A stretch of DNA of 64,000 nucleotides, from IMG/VR virus record IMGVR_UViG_3300045988_125296; one strand, written 5' to 3'. Within the stretch, counting starts at the first letter, position 1; every line of letters starts with the position of its first letter. The notes under the pieces were generated by a model that was not told where the DNA came from, made no database searches, and saw only the letters and a list, made by a program, of their open reading frames with translations. Source of the stretch: a virus. The position numbers were made by a program, and so were the translations under genes. Shown here in pieces: positions 1 through 8,976 of the stretch.

Positions 1-894
1 CAAGGAACATCGGGAAGTTTCTCCATTGGAAAAGGGTATGAGCAATACCGAGGAGATTGGTTGGAGATAAGCACAACACAAGTTAAACATCAACATTATG
101 AGGACGGTTTAAATACTGTGGAGACAGTTTCTCATGGATTGTACTTATCTACATTCATTAAGGTGATTATGTATGCCGGAAATTCAGGTACAATGTGTCT
201 TGTTCTTATTACCAAAGAAGGGGGTATATTCAAACACTTGTTTAAGAACTGGAAATTCGAGGCGTGCGGTATGGTATTTTTCCGCCCTACTACTTGTGTA
301 TTCAGTAAATATAAACTGAGTGCCATCAATACCGATTTTAAATGCCCTATTTGGATATGGGGCGATTCTTATGTAGGTATTACTGATAATAGATGGCCGG
401 GGCAATTGAGGAATCTTGGATTCTTGAATTTCTTATTGGACGGTTTGGCCGGTCAAGGTAGTGCTGCTGCTTATGAGGACTTATTAAGAGCTTTATCGAT
501 TGCGACTCCTAAATATTTGGTGTGGACATTGGGTATGAATGACACCGACCAAGTATTTAAGGAGAATCTTTTGAAAGTACATAAGATTTGTCTTGAAAAA
601 GGTATTACTCTGATTGGAGCTACTGTACCGACTACTCCTACGAGAGATAAGACTTCGCATACTTCGATTGTCCGTAATTTTGGAATACGATATATTGATT
701 TTCATAAGGCTGTTTGTATGGACGACTCTGGACATTGGTATCCGGGTTACTTGTACTCCGATAATGTGCACCCCACTGAATTAGGCGCACAAGTTATGGC
801 CACGCAAGTTCTTACGGATTTTCCGGAACTGTTGCAATATGGTATTACCGACACGAGCGGTTCTGTTGAAGAAAAATATTTCGGTAATGTGTAG
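1..894 (+). CDS. SGNH/GDSL-type hydrolase (esterase) domain protein, 5' end outside window
   Basis: Frame 1 is open from nt 1 to the stop at 892-894, so the TTG at 61 is probably internal. GDS block (IWIWGDSYVG), GMND, and DNVHPT (DxxH) occur in the order expected for SGNH hydrolases. Confidence 0.7.
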   Translation, partial: QGTSGSFSIGKGYEQYRGDWLEISTTQVKHQHYEDGLNTVETVSHGLYLSTFIKVIMYAGNSGTMCLVLITKEGGIFKHLFKNWKFEACGMVFFRPTTCVFSKYKLSAINTDFKCPIWIWGDSYVGITDNRWPGQLRNLGFLNFLLDGLAGQGSAAAYEDLLRALSIATPKYLVWTLGMNDTDQVFKENLLKVHKICLEKGITLIGATVPTTPTRDKTSHTSIVRNFGIRYIDFHKAVCMDDSGHWYPGYLYSDNVHPTELGAQVMATQVLTDFPELLQYGITDTSGSVEEKYFGNV

Positions 895-936
895 AATCTT
901 GTTTTAGGTGATTATACTGTGTTTACTATTGTAGGA

Positions 937-972
937 AAGGGGTGTGTTGTGAAACATGCCCCTTTTATTTTT
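937..972 (+). terminator. Rho-independent terminator-like hairpin
   Basis: AAAGGGG(939-942)...CCCC(959-962) stem followed by TTTTATTTTT, directly after the esterase stop. Confidence 0.5.
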
Positions 973-1019
973 GGATTTTCTTTTTCAAATGTATATCTTT
1001 GGGTCTAAAAATAGGCTCT

Positions 1020-1364
1020 ATGGAATTTAAAAGCGGTGAATTTCATGTTTTTTCATGGGAAGACTTTAAGGTAACAGTTTTCTTTACAGATTCGAATGGT
1101 ACTCCCGTGGACATCACAAAAATGAGGTTTCGATTTATCTATTCAGATACCTCCGGCAAAAGTGTCGTAGCCTCTTATGACGGAAAAACTCGTGTTAATA
1201 ATGTCGTTCACGATAATACACTAACCATTATATTTAATGCGGGTAGTTTCTCAAATGGTAGAATATCCGTTACACGTAAATATTTTATAGATGACCCTGA
1301 TTTTCAAGACGGTGTTCAGACTTACGGAATTAAAGGTCTTACCAATATTGTTATTGTGCCATGA
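1020..1364 (+). CDS. hypothetical beta-rich protein
   Basis: ORF track 942..1364 starts at GTG inside the terminator hairpin. The first ATG (MEFKSGEF) is at 1020. Stop overlaps the next start (ATGA at 1361). Confidence 0.55.
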   Translation: MEFKSGEFHVFSWEDFKVTVFFTDSNGTPVDITKMRFRFIYSDTSGKSVVASYDGKTRVNNVVHDNTLTIIFNAGSFSNGRISVTRKYFIDDPDFQDGVQTYGIKGLTNIVIVP

Positions 1365-2863
1365 AGAAGTGTTTAAATATTTCGGAAGAAGTGGTTTTAC
1401 CGGAAATTCATGAAATAGAGGAGCATTTAGTTGTGGACCCTCCTGTACAATGTGAGGAGACTGTCAATATCCCTGCTATTGTTCAAGAACCAAATGAAGT
1501 AGAACAAGCCATAGACCCTGCATGGAGGGAATATGTATATAATGTAGAGGATAAATTCATAAATGCTATAATAACGGAATATCCTAATGTGCCTACTATA
1601 TTAGTTTTTGGTAATTCAAGAAGTAATAACAATTTGATACATTATATTGGCGAACAAAAGGTAACCTCAATTATCACTAATATAAATTATTATACGGAAA
1701 TTATATTTTTAAAAGATTATAGAGAGACCGGCATAGATTCACAAGGGAGAAAATTTTGGGTAGTTAGAACTACTATATCAGAAAATCTGGACAGAATGGA
1801 TATTTTTACTTATTCATTAAGTGCGTCAGGTTATTATAAAGGGGTTAAATTAACTAATAACTCTTTAACTTTTCTATCAATAGGTAATAAAATATTTACT
1901 GAAAAAAGGTATAGTTTGAAGGTAGTACCCTTAGTATCGTTAATAACAACTGGGATAAATATTCTTGGCATAAAGATAAAGGGGGAATATTTATATAGTT
2001 TCGTTAATTCCAGTAATAACAATTATTGTTTCCCAAATTTTAAAGGTTTTCTATTAGATGAGTCAGTGACTCTGGAATTTTTTCCAGAAGAACATTTAGG
2101 TAGCTCCAGCATTTTTTCAATAACGGAATCATTTTTTGGGCTGCTTAAAGTACCCAAAATGAATATAGTGGAGGGAAGTTTATTTCCAGTTTCATTTACT
2201 TGTAGGTCCTTAAAAGGTGATTGGAATATTTGTGACTTTTCAAAATATAAGTTTATAAGAAGAAGTGATTACCCAAAACCATACACTGGTTCAATACCAC
2301 AGTTGGGATATTATTCTTTTCAAGTAGAGGAGATTATATATCCACAAGAACCATTTCTAGGGGATTCAGTATATGATAACCTAAATAATTGTAGAAGGTT
2401 AAGAAAACTCATTTACCCCCCCTCTATGCCCTATATTTATAATGCTGGATACTTTTTAAATAATATGTATTCTTTACAAGAACTTTTTATCCCAGAAGAT
2501 TTTGGGAGTTTATCAGAAAGGGGTACACATATAAATCAAATAACTTGGCTAACTATTCCAGACTTTGTATTTAATATACCAAATTGTAGGTTACTCAGTT
2601 TTGGTATAGATAATTCAGCTTTTAATGGTATAAAGTTTAGTAAAGAGTCTCAATTTGTATTTAATAATTCATATAATAATGTGCTGACAATTACTGATTG
2701 TGTAATAAGTAGAGAGGCATTGGTGGATATATTTAATCAATTACCAGATTTTACTGGTCAGCCTACAAGGACAATGAGTTTAGTAAGGTCCACTGGTGCA
2801 CAAGAGTTAACAGAAGAAGATATAAAGATAGCCACGGATAAAAATTGGGTAGTAAATAGATAG
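1361..2863 (+). CDS. large repeat protein, possibly BspA/DUF285-like leucine-rich repeat surface protein
   Basis: 500-aa ORF, N/I/F-rich with irregular ~25-aa repeats. The C-terminal ...ITDCVISREALVDIFNQLPD...DKNWVV resembles tails of BspA-type LRR proteins. Function is tentative. Confidence 0.55.
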   Translation: MKKCLNISEEVVLPEIHEIEEHLVVDPPVQCEETVNIPAIVQEPNEVEQAIDPAWREYVYNVEDKFINAIITEYPNVPTILVFGNSRSNNNLIHYIGEQKVTSIITNINYYTEIIFLKDYRETGIDSQGRKFWVVRTTISENLDRMDIFTYSLSASGYYKGVKLTNNSLTFLSIGNKIFTEKRYSLKVVPLVSLITTGINILGIKIKGEYLYSFVNSSNNNYCFPNFKGFLLDESVTLEFFPEEHLGSSSIFSITESFFGLLKVPKMNIVEGSLFPVSFTCRSLKGDWNICDFSKYKFIRRSDYPKPYTGSIPQLGYYSFQVEEIIYPQEPFLGDSVYDNLNNCRRLRKLIYPPSMPYIYNAGYFLNNMYSLQELFIPEDFGSLSERGTHINQITWLTIPDFVFNIPNCRLLSFGIDNSAFNGIKFSKESQFVFNNSYNNVLTITDCVISREALVDIFNQLPDFTGQPTRTMSLVRSTGAQELTEEDIKIATDKNWVVNR

Positions 2864-2864
2864 T

Positions 2865-3053
2865 ATGAAACACTTAGTATCAAAAGAAGGATTCCTATTT
2901 GTAAGCAAGGATTTTATAAATGGGGTAATAGTGGCAAAGGAATTATTTATTCCCGATGACTACAATTATTTGGATTTATATATGGAATTACCAGAACAAG
3001 AAGCCTTAGAATTGCAAGAAAAATATAACATAGAAAATGCCACTTCTAATTAG
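2865..3053 (+). CDS. hypothetical protein
   Basis: 62-aa ORF starting 2 nt after the upstream stop. Confidence 0.5.
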   Translation: MKHLVSKEGFLFVSKDFINGVIVAKELFIPDDYNYLDLYMELPEQEALELQEKYNIENATSN

Positions 3054-3417
3054 ATTTATCCGAATTTATGCACCTTTTGTCTGTACATTGGCCACGTTAA
3101 TAAATGGAGTTATCTTTGTGAAAGGTTTCACTGATTGTTCCGAGGTGTATGTTTTGTCTGCCTTTGCTGGAAGTTCAATATTTGTAACAGCGTATATGTT
3201 TGTCACTTCTTTTAGAATGTGTAAATGGTATAAGCTAAATTTACTTTGCCTATTATTGACTCAGCTATGTAGCATAGCGTATAACTACCTTGACATAGAT
3301 ACCTCTTTGTACCTATGGGTGGTTACGTTGTTATCCGGATTAGGAATTATGTTCTTCCTAATATTTAGGATATTCTATAAGGTTACAAATTTGTTTCTGT
3401 GTATTGGCAGATATTGA
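3037..3417 (+). CDS. hypothetical multi-pass membrane protein
   Basis: 126 aa with 3-4 hydrophobic segments (FVCTLATLINGVIFV, VYVLSAFAGSSIFVTAYMFV, LWVVTLLSGLGIMFFLIF). Confidence 0.55.
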   Translation: MPLLIRFIRIYAPFVCTLATLINGVIFVKGFTDCSEVYVLSAFAGSSIFVTAYMFVTSFRMCKWYKLNLLCLLLTQLCSIAYNYLDIDTSLYLWVVTLLSGLGIMFFLIFRIFYKVTNLFLCIGRY

Positions 3418-3694
3418 TTACAACCATAATGGCACTGAGACCGAGTTCTTGTAAGGCTTCTATGGAGAATTTCTTTCTGCGAACAAAGGCAATGTACGCT
3501 GTTATTACCTCGGTATTCTTAGTTAGACCATTGTTTTCACGAATATGGCGCATGTGATTGTTCACAGTGTGCGGAGAGATATTTAGCTTGTCTGCTATTT
3601 CCTTTTCCGAGTAGCCTCTAACTAAGAGTTCAGCGACTTTTATTTCTGCGACTGAGAAAATTGGTGTTTTTACGTTATTGACATGCATAGACAT
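3383..3694 (-). CDS. LuxR/GerE-family HTH transcriptional regulator
   Basis: The only convincing minus-strand gene. Classic GerE HTH: SVAEIKVAELLVRGYSEKEIADKLNISPHTVNNHMRHIRE. The 3' end overlaps 3037..3417 convergently. Confidence 0.8.
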   Translation of the reverse strand: MSMHVNNVKTPIFSVAEIKVAELLVRGYSEKEIADKLNISPHTVNNHMRHIRENNGLTKNTEVITAYIAFVRRKKFSIEALQELGLSAIMVVINICQYTETNL

Positions 3695-3779
3695 AATGCT
3701 TTAATTTGCAGAGTAACGCAAAGGTAAGTAATTAGTTGGAGTTTTATTTGATTCCTTAAAAATTTAATGTAAAAATATC

Positions 3780-4085
3780 ATGATTATGAAAGAGACATAT
3801 TTAGAGATTCTAAGAATCGTTGAAGAAGTTACTGATGTTAGTGCTTCTGAGATGTTAACCTCCAATTGTGAAGAACACGTTGACGCAAGACATATCCTTG
3901 TATATGTTTTAGGCAATCGTGGTTTCTCGGATACAAAGATTGCCGAGTTTACCAAATTAACGAGACCTTGTGTCTGTATGATTCGGAATAATTTCAAATA
4001 CCGGAAGAAACGTTATTTTGTAAATCTTCACTATCAAGAAGTTTATCGTAGAATATTTTTGAGTAAAGATATAGTAACGGAGTAG
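3780..4085 (+). CDS. DnaA C-terminal domain-like HTH protein
   Basis: Divergent from the LuxR gene. EILRIVEEVTDVS...ARHILVYVLGNRGFSDTKIAEFTKLTRPCVCMIRNNF parallels DnaA domain IV (aRqiaMYL...s...IG..f....TV). Confidence 0.6.
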   Translation: MIMKETYLEILRIVEEVTDVSASEMLTSNCEEHVDARHILVYVLGNRGFSDTKIAEFTKLTRPCVCMIRNNFKYRKKRYFVNLHYQEVYRRIFLSKDIVTE

Positions 4086-4194
4086 TTTCTGACTTCGTAA
4101 GACACTTTTCGGTGAATTTAAGGAGTACTCTTAATTTTGAGGTAATTCCCATAGAGGGGAAGAGTCTTTTTATTTAATTCAAATTTTCATCGTT

Positions 4195-5124
4195 ATGTCA
4201 GAAGACAGAATTACTGAAAAGGTTTATTGTTACGACCATCCAAGCGCTTATGGTCACAACAATGACGCATTGGCAATGGCCATGCTTGCCAATCAAAAGA
4301 ACAATGCCGACCCTATGACTATGGCGGCTATGATGAACGGAGGAATGGGTATGAACAACTGGATGAACAATCCTTTTGCCTATATCATGTTCCTTGCCTT
4401 GTTTAGAAACGGTTTTGGTTTTGGTAATGGAGACGGTTTCGGTTATGGTCAAGGTCAGCAAAATGTTGAAATGCAGAATCAGTTGCAAGCTATTCGCTCG
4501 CAATTGCAAGACAACCAGAACAGCAATCTTCTTATGGACGCTATTAAGGGTAACGAGTTTGCTCTTAGCCAACTTTCTCAAAACTTGCAGATTGACTTTA
4601 ACACGCTTCAAAAATGTTGCTGCGATGTTCAAGCCGCTATTCAGCAAGTTGCAGGCCAAGTTGGTTTCTCTGCGGAAAGAGTCATCAACGCAGTTAACAT
4701 GGGTGACTGCAATGTTATTCAAGCTCTCAAAGACTGCTGCTGCCAAACTCAGCAACTCATACAACGTATGGGCTTCGAGAACCAACTTGCTCAAAAAGAC
4801 ACAATCAATGCCGTTCAAAAAGGTGTTTGTGATTTGGGCTTTGGAATGCAGGCAGGTTTCGACCGTACCAATTCGGGTCTTGAAAGAGGTTTCTCGCAAA
4901 TTGGTTACGACACTCAGAAACAAACTTGCGACATCATTACTGCCGGCAACGCTAATACCCAGCGTATTATCGACACTCTGAACAACCATTGGAATGACGA
5001 AAACCAGAGAAAGATTCAAGACTTGAAGTTCGAGCTTTCTCAGGAACGTCAAAACAATCTTATCCTTAACCGTTTGAACGGTTGTGGATGTGGTAATGGT
5101 TGTGGCTGCGGATGCGGTCAGTAA
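4195..5124 (+). CDS. Q/N-rich, Cys-rich repeat protein with C-terminal (Cys-Gly)n tail, unknown function
   Basis: 309 aa. M/N/G-rich N-terminus with GFGFGNGDGFGYGQGQ. Repeats begin at CCC triplets (codons 141-143 and 181-183) and single Cys (212, 245). Ends NGCGCGNGCGCGCGQ. Confidence 0.75.
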   Translation: MSEDRITEKVYCYDHPSAYGHNNDALAMAMLANQKNNADPMTMAAMMNGGMGMNNWMNNPFAYIMFLALFRNGFGFGNGDGFGYGQGQQNVEMQNQLQAIRSQLQDNQNSNLLMDAIKGNEFALSQLSQNLQIDFNTLQKCCCDVQAAIQQVAGQVGFSAERVINAVNMGDCNVIQALKDCCCQTQQLIQRMGFENQLAQKDTINAVQKGVCDLGFGMQAGFDRTNSGLERGFSQIGYDTQKQTCDIITAGNANTQRIIDTLNNHWNDENQRKIQDLKFELSQERQNNLILNRLNGCGCGNGCGCGCGQ

Positions 5125-5152
5125 TTGTTTAACCGTAAAAACTTAAAAGACT

Positions 5153-5566
5153 ATGGTTACATTATCGCCAGTAGGCTTAGCCGCTGCTCCTGTGGCAAAT
5201 CAAGTTGCATTCTTAGCCACATTTAAGGAGAAACTTTGCCGTTGTGTTTGCGCAACTTCTACGAATCAGCCATTTGCAACTGTTTCTTATAGGAACGAGA
5301 CACCTGTTCTTAATGGAACAACCGTATTCGTACCTATTGTAGCAACTATCACGATTACTACGCCAAACGCATGCAAGTGCCAAGCTGAGACGCAGGTAAT
5401 CAATGAAAGATTTGTGGTGGCATTTCAAGGACGGACAACACTTCCGACATCCGTTACTATTAACCAGTTAGGAATGACGCAAGGACTCATTAAGATAGTA
5501 TGTGGAAAATCAAACTGCTACGCTATCAATAGCTCCTTAACAGTTACGATTCCCACAACTGCGTAA
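5153..5566 (+). CDS. hypothetical beta-rich Cys-containing protein
   Basis: 137 aa, T/V/I-rich with CRCVC and CKC motifs. Starts 28 nt downstream of the Cys-rich gene, so probably co-transcribed. Confidence 0.6.
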   Translation: MVTLSPVGLAAAPVANQVAFLATFKEKLCRCVCATSTNQPFATVSYRNETPVLNGTTVFVPIVATITITTPNACKCQAETQVINERFVVAFQGRTTLPTSVTINQLGMTQGLIKIVCGKSNCYAINSSLTVTIPTTA

Positions 5567-5577
5567 ATGTTCAAAGA

Positions 5578-5614
5578 AGTCTAAGGAGGTTCGGAAACGT
5601 ACTTCCTTAGACTT
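5578..5614 (+). terminator. stem-loop after the Cys-rich gene pair
   Basis: AAGTCTAAGGA(5578-5588)...TCCTTAGACTT(5604-5614), ~11-bp stem. No clear T-tract follows. Confidence 0.4.
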
Positions 5615-5643
5615 AATAGTACTAACAAAGAGATTTATAGATT

Positions 5644-6105
5644 ATGTTATTCAAAGACTTAAAAAGCGGTTATCCCATTTACATTTTTGACAGGGATAAA
5701 GTTACATTTACTCAGGCAAAAGTTCTGAGCGTAAATCCTCCCCATTTTGACAATCATTACGGCAATCCTACGGAAATGGTGGTAGATGTTACTATCGAAG
5801 GTATGCCTAAACCCTATACGTTCAAGGAAAATACGGACGCAGGCTATATGAATAGTCTTGTAATTACGACTGATAGGGACAAAGCTCTTCTTGAAGTCGA
5901 GAATTTGCAGTCACAATCCGAACAGGCTTGGAACAAAAGGGACACTTATAAGAGTATTGCTGACAAATGTGCGCAAATACGGGCGGAATTTAGTCCTGCG
6001 TTCAAAGAGAAAAAGGAGAACGAGGAGCGTTTCTCTAAATTGGAAGGCTCTGTAAGTGAGTTGAAGGATATGATTAAAGGTCTCGTAAAAGAACTGAAAG
6101 GTTAG
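5644..6105 (+). CDS. hypothetical protein with C-terminal coiled coil
   Basis: 153-aa ORF in the + strand operon. Confidence 0.65.
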   Translation: MLFKDLKSGYPIYIFDRDKVTFTQAKVLSVNPPHFDNHYGNPTEMVVDVTIEGMPKPYTFKENTDAGYMNSLVITTDRDKALLEVENLQSQSEQAWNKRDTYKSIADKCAQIRAEFSPAFKEKKENEERFSKLEGSVSELKDMIKGLVKELKG

Positions 6106-6107
6106 TT

Positions 6108-6623
6108 ATGGATAAAAAAGAATTGCTTGATAAATTTTGTCTCCTTTTTGCGGAGGTTAAAAATTCAAGGGATTCCGAAACCATTGAGGTAGCCTTACAC
6201 ATGCTTAAAAAGGCTATGAGCTTTTTACTTGATTCAAATGTACGGGTTGCGAAAGAACTCATCGAATGTTTTGACGGAAATTTGAAATACTATAATTTCC
6301 TAACTGAAATAGAATCTGATGAGGTGGTTCAAAAATTCGTTCATCAAGATGGAAGTAGAGGACCTAAATGGAGGGATTCCGAAGAATTGTTCCGCAAGAT
6401 AAAAGAGATGGGAGGTAAAATTGAATGTGAGCCCCATTATAATAAATGGGCTTTGTACGTTACAATGAACAAGATTGCTTCCAGTCAGAATAATGTTCTT
6501 GTTAAATGGGTTGGTGATGATAGAGACAGATACTTTGAAGCATGCTACGAATTGTCTGTCGCTCAACTAAAAGATAGAGTTCGCCCGTGTTGGATTCGTC
6601 CCTATTATGAAATCGGCGAATAA
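6108..6623 (+). CDS. hypothetical protein
   Basis: 171-aa ORF starting 2 nt after the upstream stop. Confidence 0.65.
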   Translation: MDKKELLDKFCLLFAEVKNSRDSETIEVALHMLKKAMSFLLDSNVRVAKELIECFDGNLKYYNFLTEIESDEVVQKFVHQDGSRGPKWRDSEELFRKIKEMGGKIECEPHYNKWALYVTMNKIASSQNNVLVKWVGDDRDRYFEACYELSVAQLKDRVRPCWIRPYYEIGE

Positions 6624-6644
6624 GATATTTTTCCTTTTGGTTAA

Positions 6645-6681
6645 ATGGAGTGGTGGGAGTTCTATCACTCCATTTTTGTTT
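6645..6681 (+). terminator. Rho-independent terminator
   Basis: ATGGAGTG(6645-6652)...CACTCCAT(6666-6673) 8-bp stem followed by TTTTTGTTT. Confidence 0.6.
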
Positions 6682-6747
6682 CTTAATGAGTAATTGGAAC
6701 TTTCGTTTTATTTTTGTATATTCATTTGTAAAATTAAATCGAAAGTT

Positions 6748-7917
6748 ATGCTAATAGAAGCGTCTATCTTATTACTGTTACAGGAGTCTATGAGAGGTCT
6801 GCCTAAACAGATACACTATTTTCCGAGAATGTTCGCTTTATCAAAAACTGGGTCTATTCGTGTGTATGATATTACGGTAGAGGATATGGGAAATCATGCG
6901 GTAATGACTACACGGAAAAAAGTAACTTTGAACGGTAAATGGACCGAGGATAAATATGAATACTGGGAAGGAGTAAATATTGGAAAATCTAATGAAACGA
7001 CATATCTCGAACAGGCGTTGTCCGAAGCACAATCAACATGGAATAGATTACAAGATGCAGGCTTCACGGTTACAATGCCAAATCCAGATGCGAAATTCAA
7101 TACGGACGCAAATGGTAAAATCAAGCCAATGTTGGCAATCAGTTTTAATGAGAAAAAGATTAAATTTCCTTGCCTCTGTCAACCTAAGTATGATGGAGTT
7201 AGATGTACAATTTCACAAGATGAAGATGGTATTCATATAATTTCTCGAAAAGGAAAGCCTTATAATATCCCCCATTTAGAGAAATGGGCCAATGAGAATA
7301 AACACTTATTACCTCTTGATGGAGAACTTTATAACCATAAAGAACTTTCTTTTCAAGAAATTATATCCGCTGTAAAACGGCTGTCCGATATTACGCCTAA
7401 AATAAGATACGTAGTATATGATAGACCTATTGAAGGAATCTCCAATAAAGAACGTTGGAGTAAACTCATTCAAGATTTTGAGAAAGTCGATAAAGACTCT
7501 CCTGCTTATCGTAGTGATTGGGTCTATTGTGATAATATGGAGCAAGTGCGGAAGTACCATAAAAAATGCGTTGCTAATGGATATGAAGGAGTAATCGTAA
7601 GAAATCTTGATGGTAAATATGAGTTTGGGTTCCGCTCCAATGATTTGATTAAATTGAAGACATTTGATGATGCGGAATTTGAAATCGTGGATGTGGTTGA
7701 GGCAACAGGTCGTGATGCTGGAACGGCTGTATTCGTATGTAAGTGTAAGGGAGGTGAATTTAACGTAAAACCGCAAGGTACAAGAGAACTCCGAGCCGAA
7801 TATTTTAAGAATGGTGATAAACTTATCGGTAAGAAAGTAACTGTTCAGTATCAGGGTTTGTCTGATGATGGAATACCAAGATTTCCGTCTGCAATATCAA
7901 TTCGAGATTATGAGTAA
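6748..7917 (+). CDS. ATP-dependent DNA ligase
   Basis: Adenylation motif I KYDGVR (CQPKYDGVRCTI), EGVIVR (motif IV) and LIKLK (motif V). First ATG at 6748, since the track start 6694 is a TTG. An alternative ATG is at 6790. Confidence 0.85.
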   Translation: MLIEASILLLLQESMRGLPKQIHYFPRMFALSKTGSIRVYDITVEDMGNHAVMTTRKKVTLNGKWTEDKYEYWEGVNIGKSNETTYLEQALSEAQSTWNRLQDAGFTVTMPNPDAKFNTDANGKIKPMLAISFNEKKIKFPCLCQPKYDGVRCTISQDEDGIHIISRKGKPYNIPHLEKWANENKHLLPLDGELYNHKELSFQEIISAVKRLSDITPKIRYVVYDRPIEGISNKERWSKLIQDFEKVDKDSPAYRSDWVYCDNMEQVRKYHKKCVANGYEGVIVRNLDGKYEFGFRSNDLIKLKTFDDAEFEIVDVVEATGRDAGTAVFVCKCKGGEFNVKPQGTRELRAEYFKNGDKLIGKKVTVQYQGLSDDGIPRFPSAISIRDYE

Positions 7918-8016
7918 GAACCTTGTAAGAATACTCGGAGAGTACTGCAATAAGAATGTGAACGACCACATAGGGTATGCCATTTATTTGTTATTGACTA
8001 AAATTGCATATAGGTT

Positions 8017-8358
8017 ATGAAAATGGAAACAAAAGACCGATACTTTAAGGAGACGGTCGAACAACTGAAAGAATGGGGATTTACGGTGTATGCCCCTGCC
8101 AACATTTTTGAGGACGTATTCAGATATGGTTGGGTTACTGATGGAACACACATTCTCTATTTTCAAATAGACGATTTAATAGGATTGGTGTTTAGTACGG
8201 AGTGTATTCCGTCCAAAGAAACTGGAAGTGGGCGTAGGCTTGATATTCCTTTTACAAAAGAGGAAATCATTAAGGCATTTGAAATGCCTTTTGGCAAACC
8301 TTATCCTAATTTTGAAAGTTTCAAAAGAAAATGTTGGAGTACCTTAATGCAACTGTAA
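8017..8358 (+). CDS. hypothetical protein
   Basis: 113-aa ORF. Its stop overlaps the next start (TAATG). Confidence 0.6.
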   Translation: MKMETKDRYFKETVEQLKEWGFTVYAPANIFEDVFRYGWVTDGTHILYFQIDDLIGLVFSTECIPSKETGSGRRLDIPFTKEEIIKAFEMPFGKPYPNFESFKRKCWSTLMQL

Positions 8359-8654
8359 TGGGAAGAGTTTACACTGGAATGGTTATTCGTACAAGTTATG
8401 GTACGGGTCCATATAGGATAGTGGACTTCACGGAGAATTGTACTTGTCCGAGTTTTATGGACGCAGTTACTTCTGGAAGTAATGCTCCACCGTCAAGACC
8501 TCATTATCACTTTATTTGTAGGAAAGTGGGCGAACATAAAGGTTACTACTATGTAAACGGTTACGATGAGAATTTAAATTCTGTATGGGATGAAGACAGA
8601 GTAATCGTATGTGCGGAAGAGACTCTTTTCTTAACTATGTGTTGCGGGTTATGA
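8358..8654 (+). CDS. hypothetical protein with CxC...HxH..C motif
   Basis: Starts at the ATG at 8358 (MGRVYTG). NCTCPSF...PHYHFIC is a possible small Zn site. Confidence 0.6.
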   Translation: MGRVYTGMVIRTSYGTGPYRIVDFTENCTCPSFMDAVTSGSNAPPSRPHYHFICRKVGEHKGYYYVNGYDENLNSVWDEDRVIVCAEETLFLTMCCGL

Positions 8655-8794
8655 AACTTTATGCGAGATGTAACGGACATTTTCCGTTTACCCTTATTCC
8701 GACTATAACTAATAGACATGACCGATTTAAGAAGGAATGGCTATTTTATTGGCTTAACATTAAAATTACCATCATATGGGAAAGAAATTTATAG
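8651..8794 (+). CDS. hypothetical small protein
   Basis: ATGA overlap with the upstream stop. 47 aa. Weak call. Confidence 0.35.
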   Translation: MKLYARCNGHFPFTLIPTITNRHDRFKKEWLFYWLNIKITIIWERNL

Positions 8795-8964
8795 TAACAA
8801 CTGTGGACCGAAATGACTTAAAAGTTATAGGGTATACCGATGACGTTGATGACGCTACTATGGAAAAGGTTGCATCACTAATGAGCGAGAGCATTCTTTA
8901 TCTTGATTTTTGGGCATCTCTTAAAGATGCTTGCTATAAATTAGATATAAAGAAATCCAATTAG
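8776..8964 (+). CDS. hypothetical protein
   Basis: 62-aa acidic ORF. Confidence 0.5.
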   Translation: MGKKFIVTTVDRNDLKVIGYTDDVDDATMEKVASLMSESILYLDFWASLKDACYKLDIKKSN

Positions 8965-8976
8965 TATCTTTGTGCT

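Noticed and set aside
942-1019. GTG-initiated N-terminal extension of ORF 942..1364 (MCCETCPFYFWIFFFK...).
   Set aside because: This stretch coincides with the GGGG...CCCC hairpin plus T-tract terminator of the upstream gene. The first ATG at 1020 is preferred.
4198-5052. 284-aa antisense ORF and a 201-aa alternative-frame ORF (4376..4981) overlapping the Cys/Gly-rich gene.
   Set aside because: The sense frame has clear repeat structure and a proper ATG/stop context. The others translate to low-complexity strings and are best explained by the biased CAA/AAC/GGT codon composition removing stops in other frames.
7309-7776. Long minus-strand ORFs inside well-supported plus-strand genes: 7309..7776, 19177..19671, 28829..29188, 29919..30353, 37263..37745, 38003..38338, 47965..48342 and 48921..49280.
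   Set aside because: Each lies entirely antisense to a gene with motif or positional support. The translations are I/F/N/K-rich with no recognisable motifs, and they would break the otherwise uniform strand polarity.
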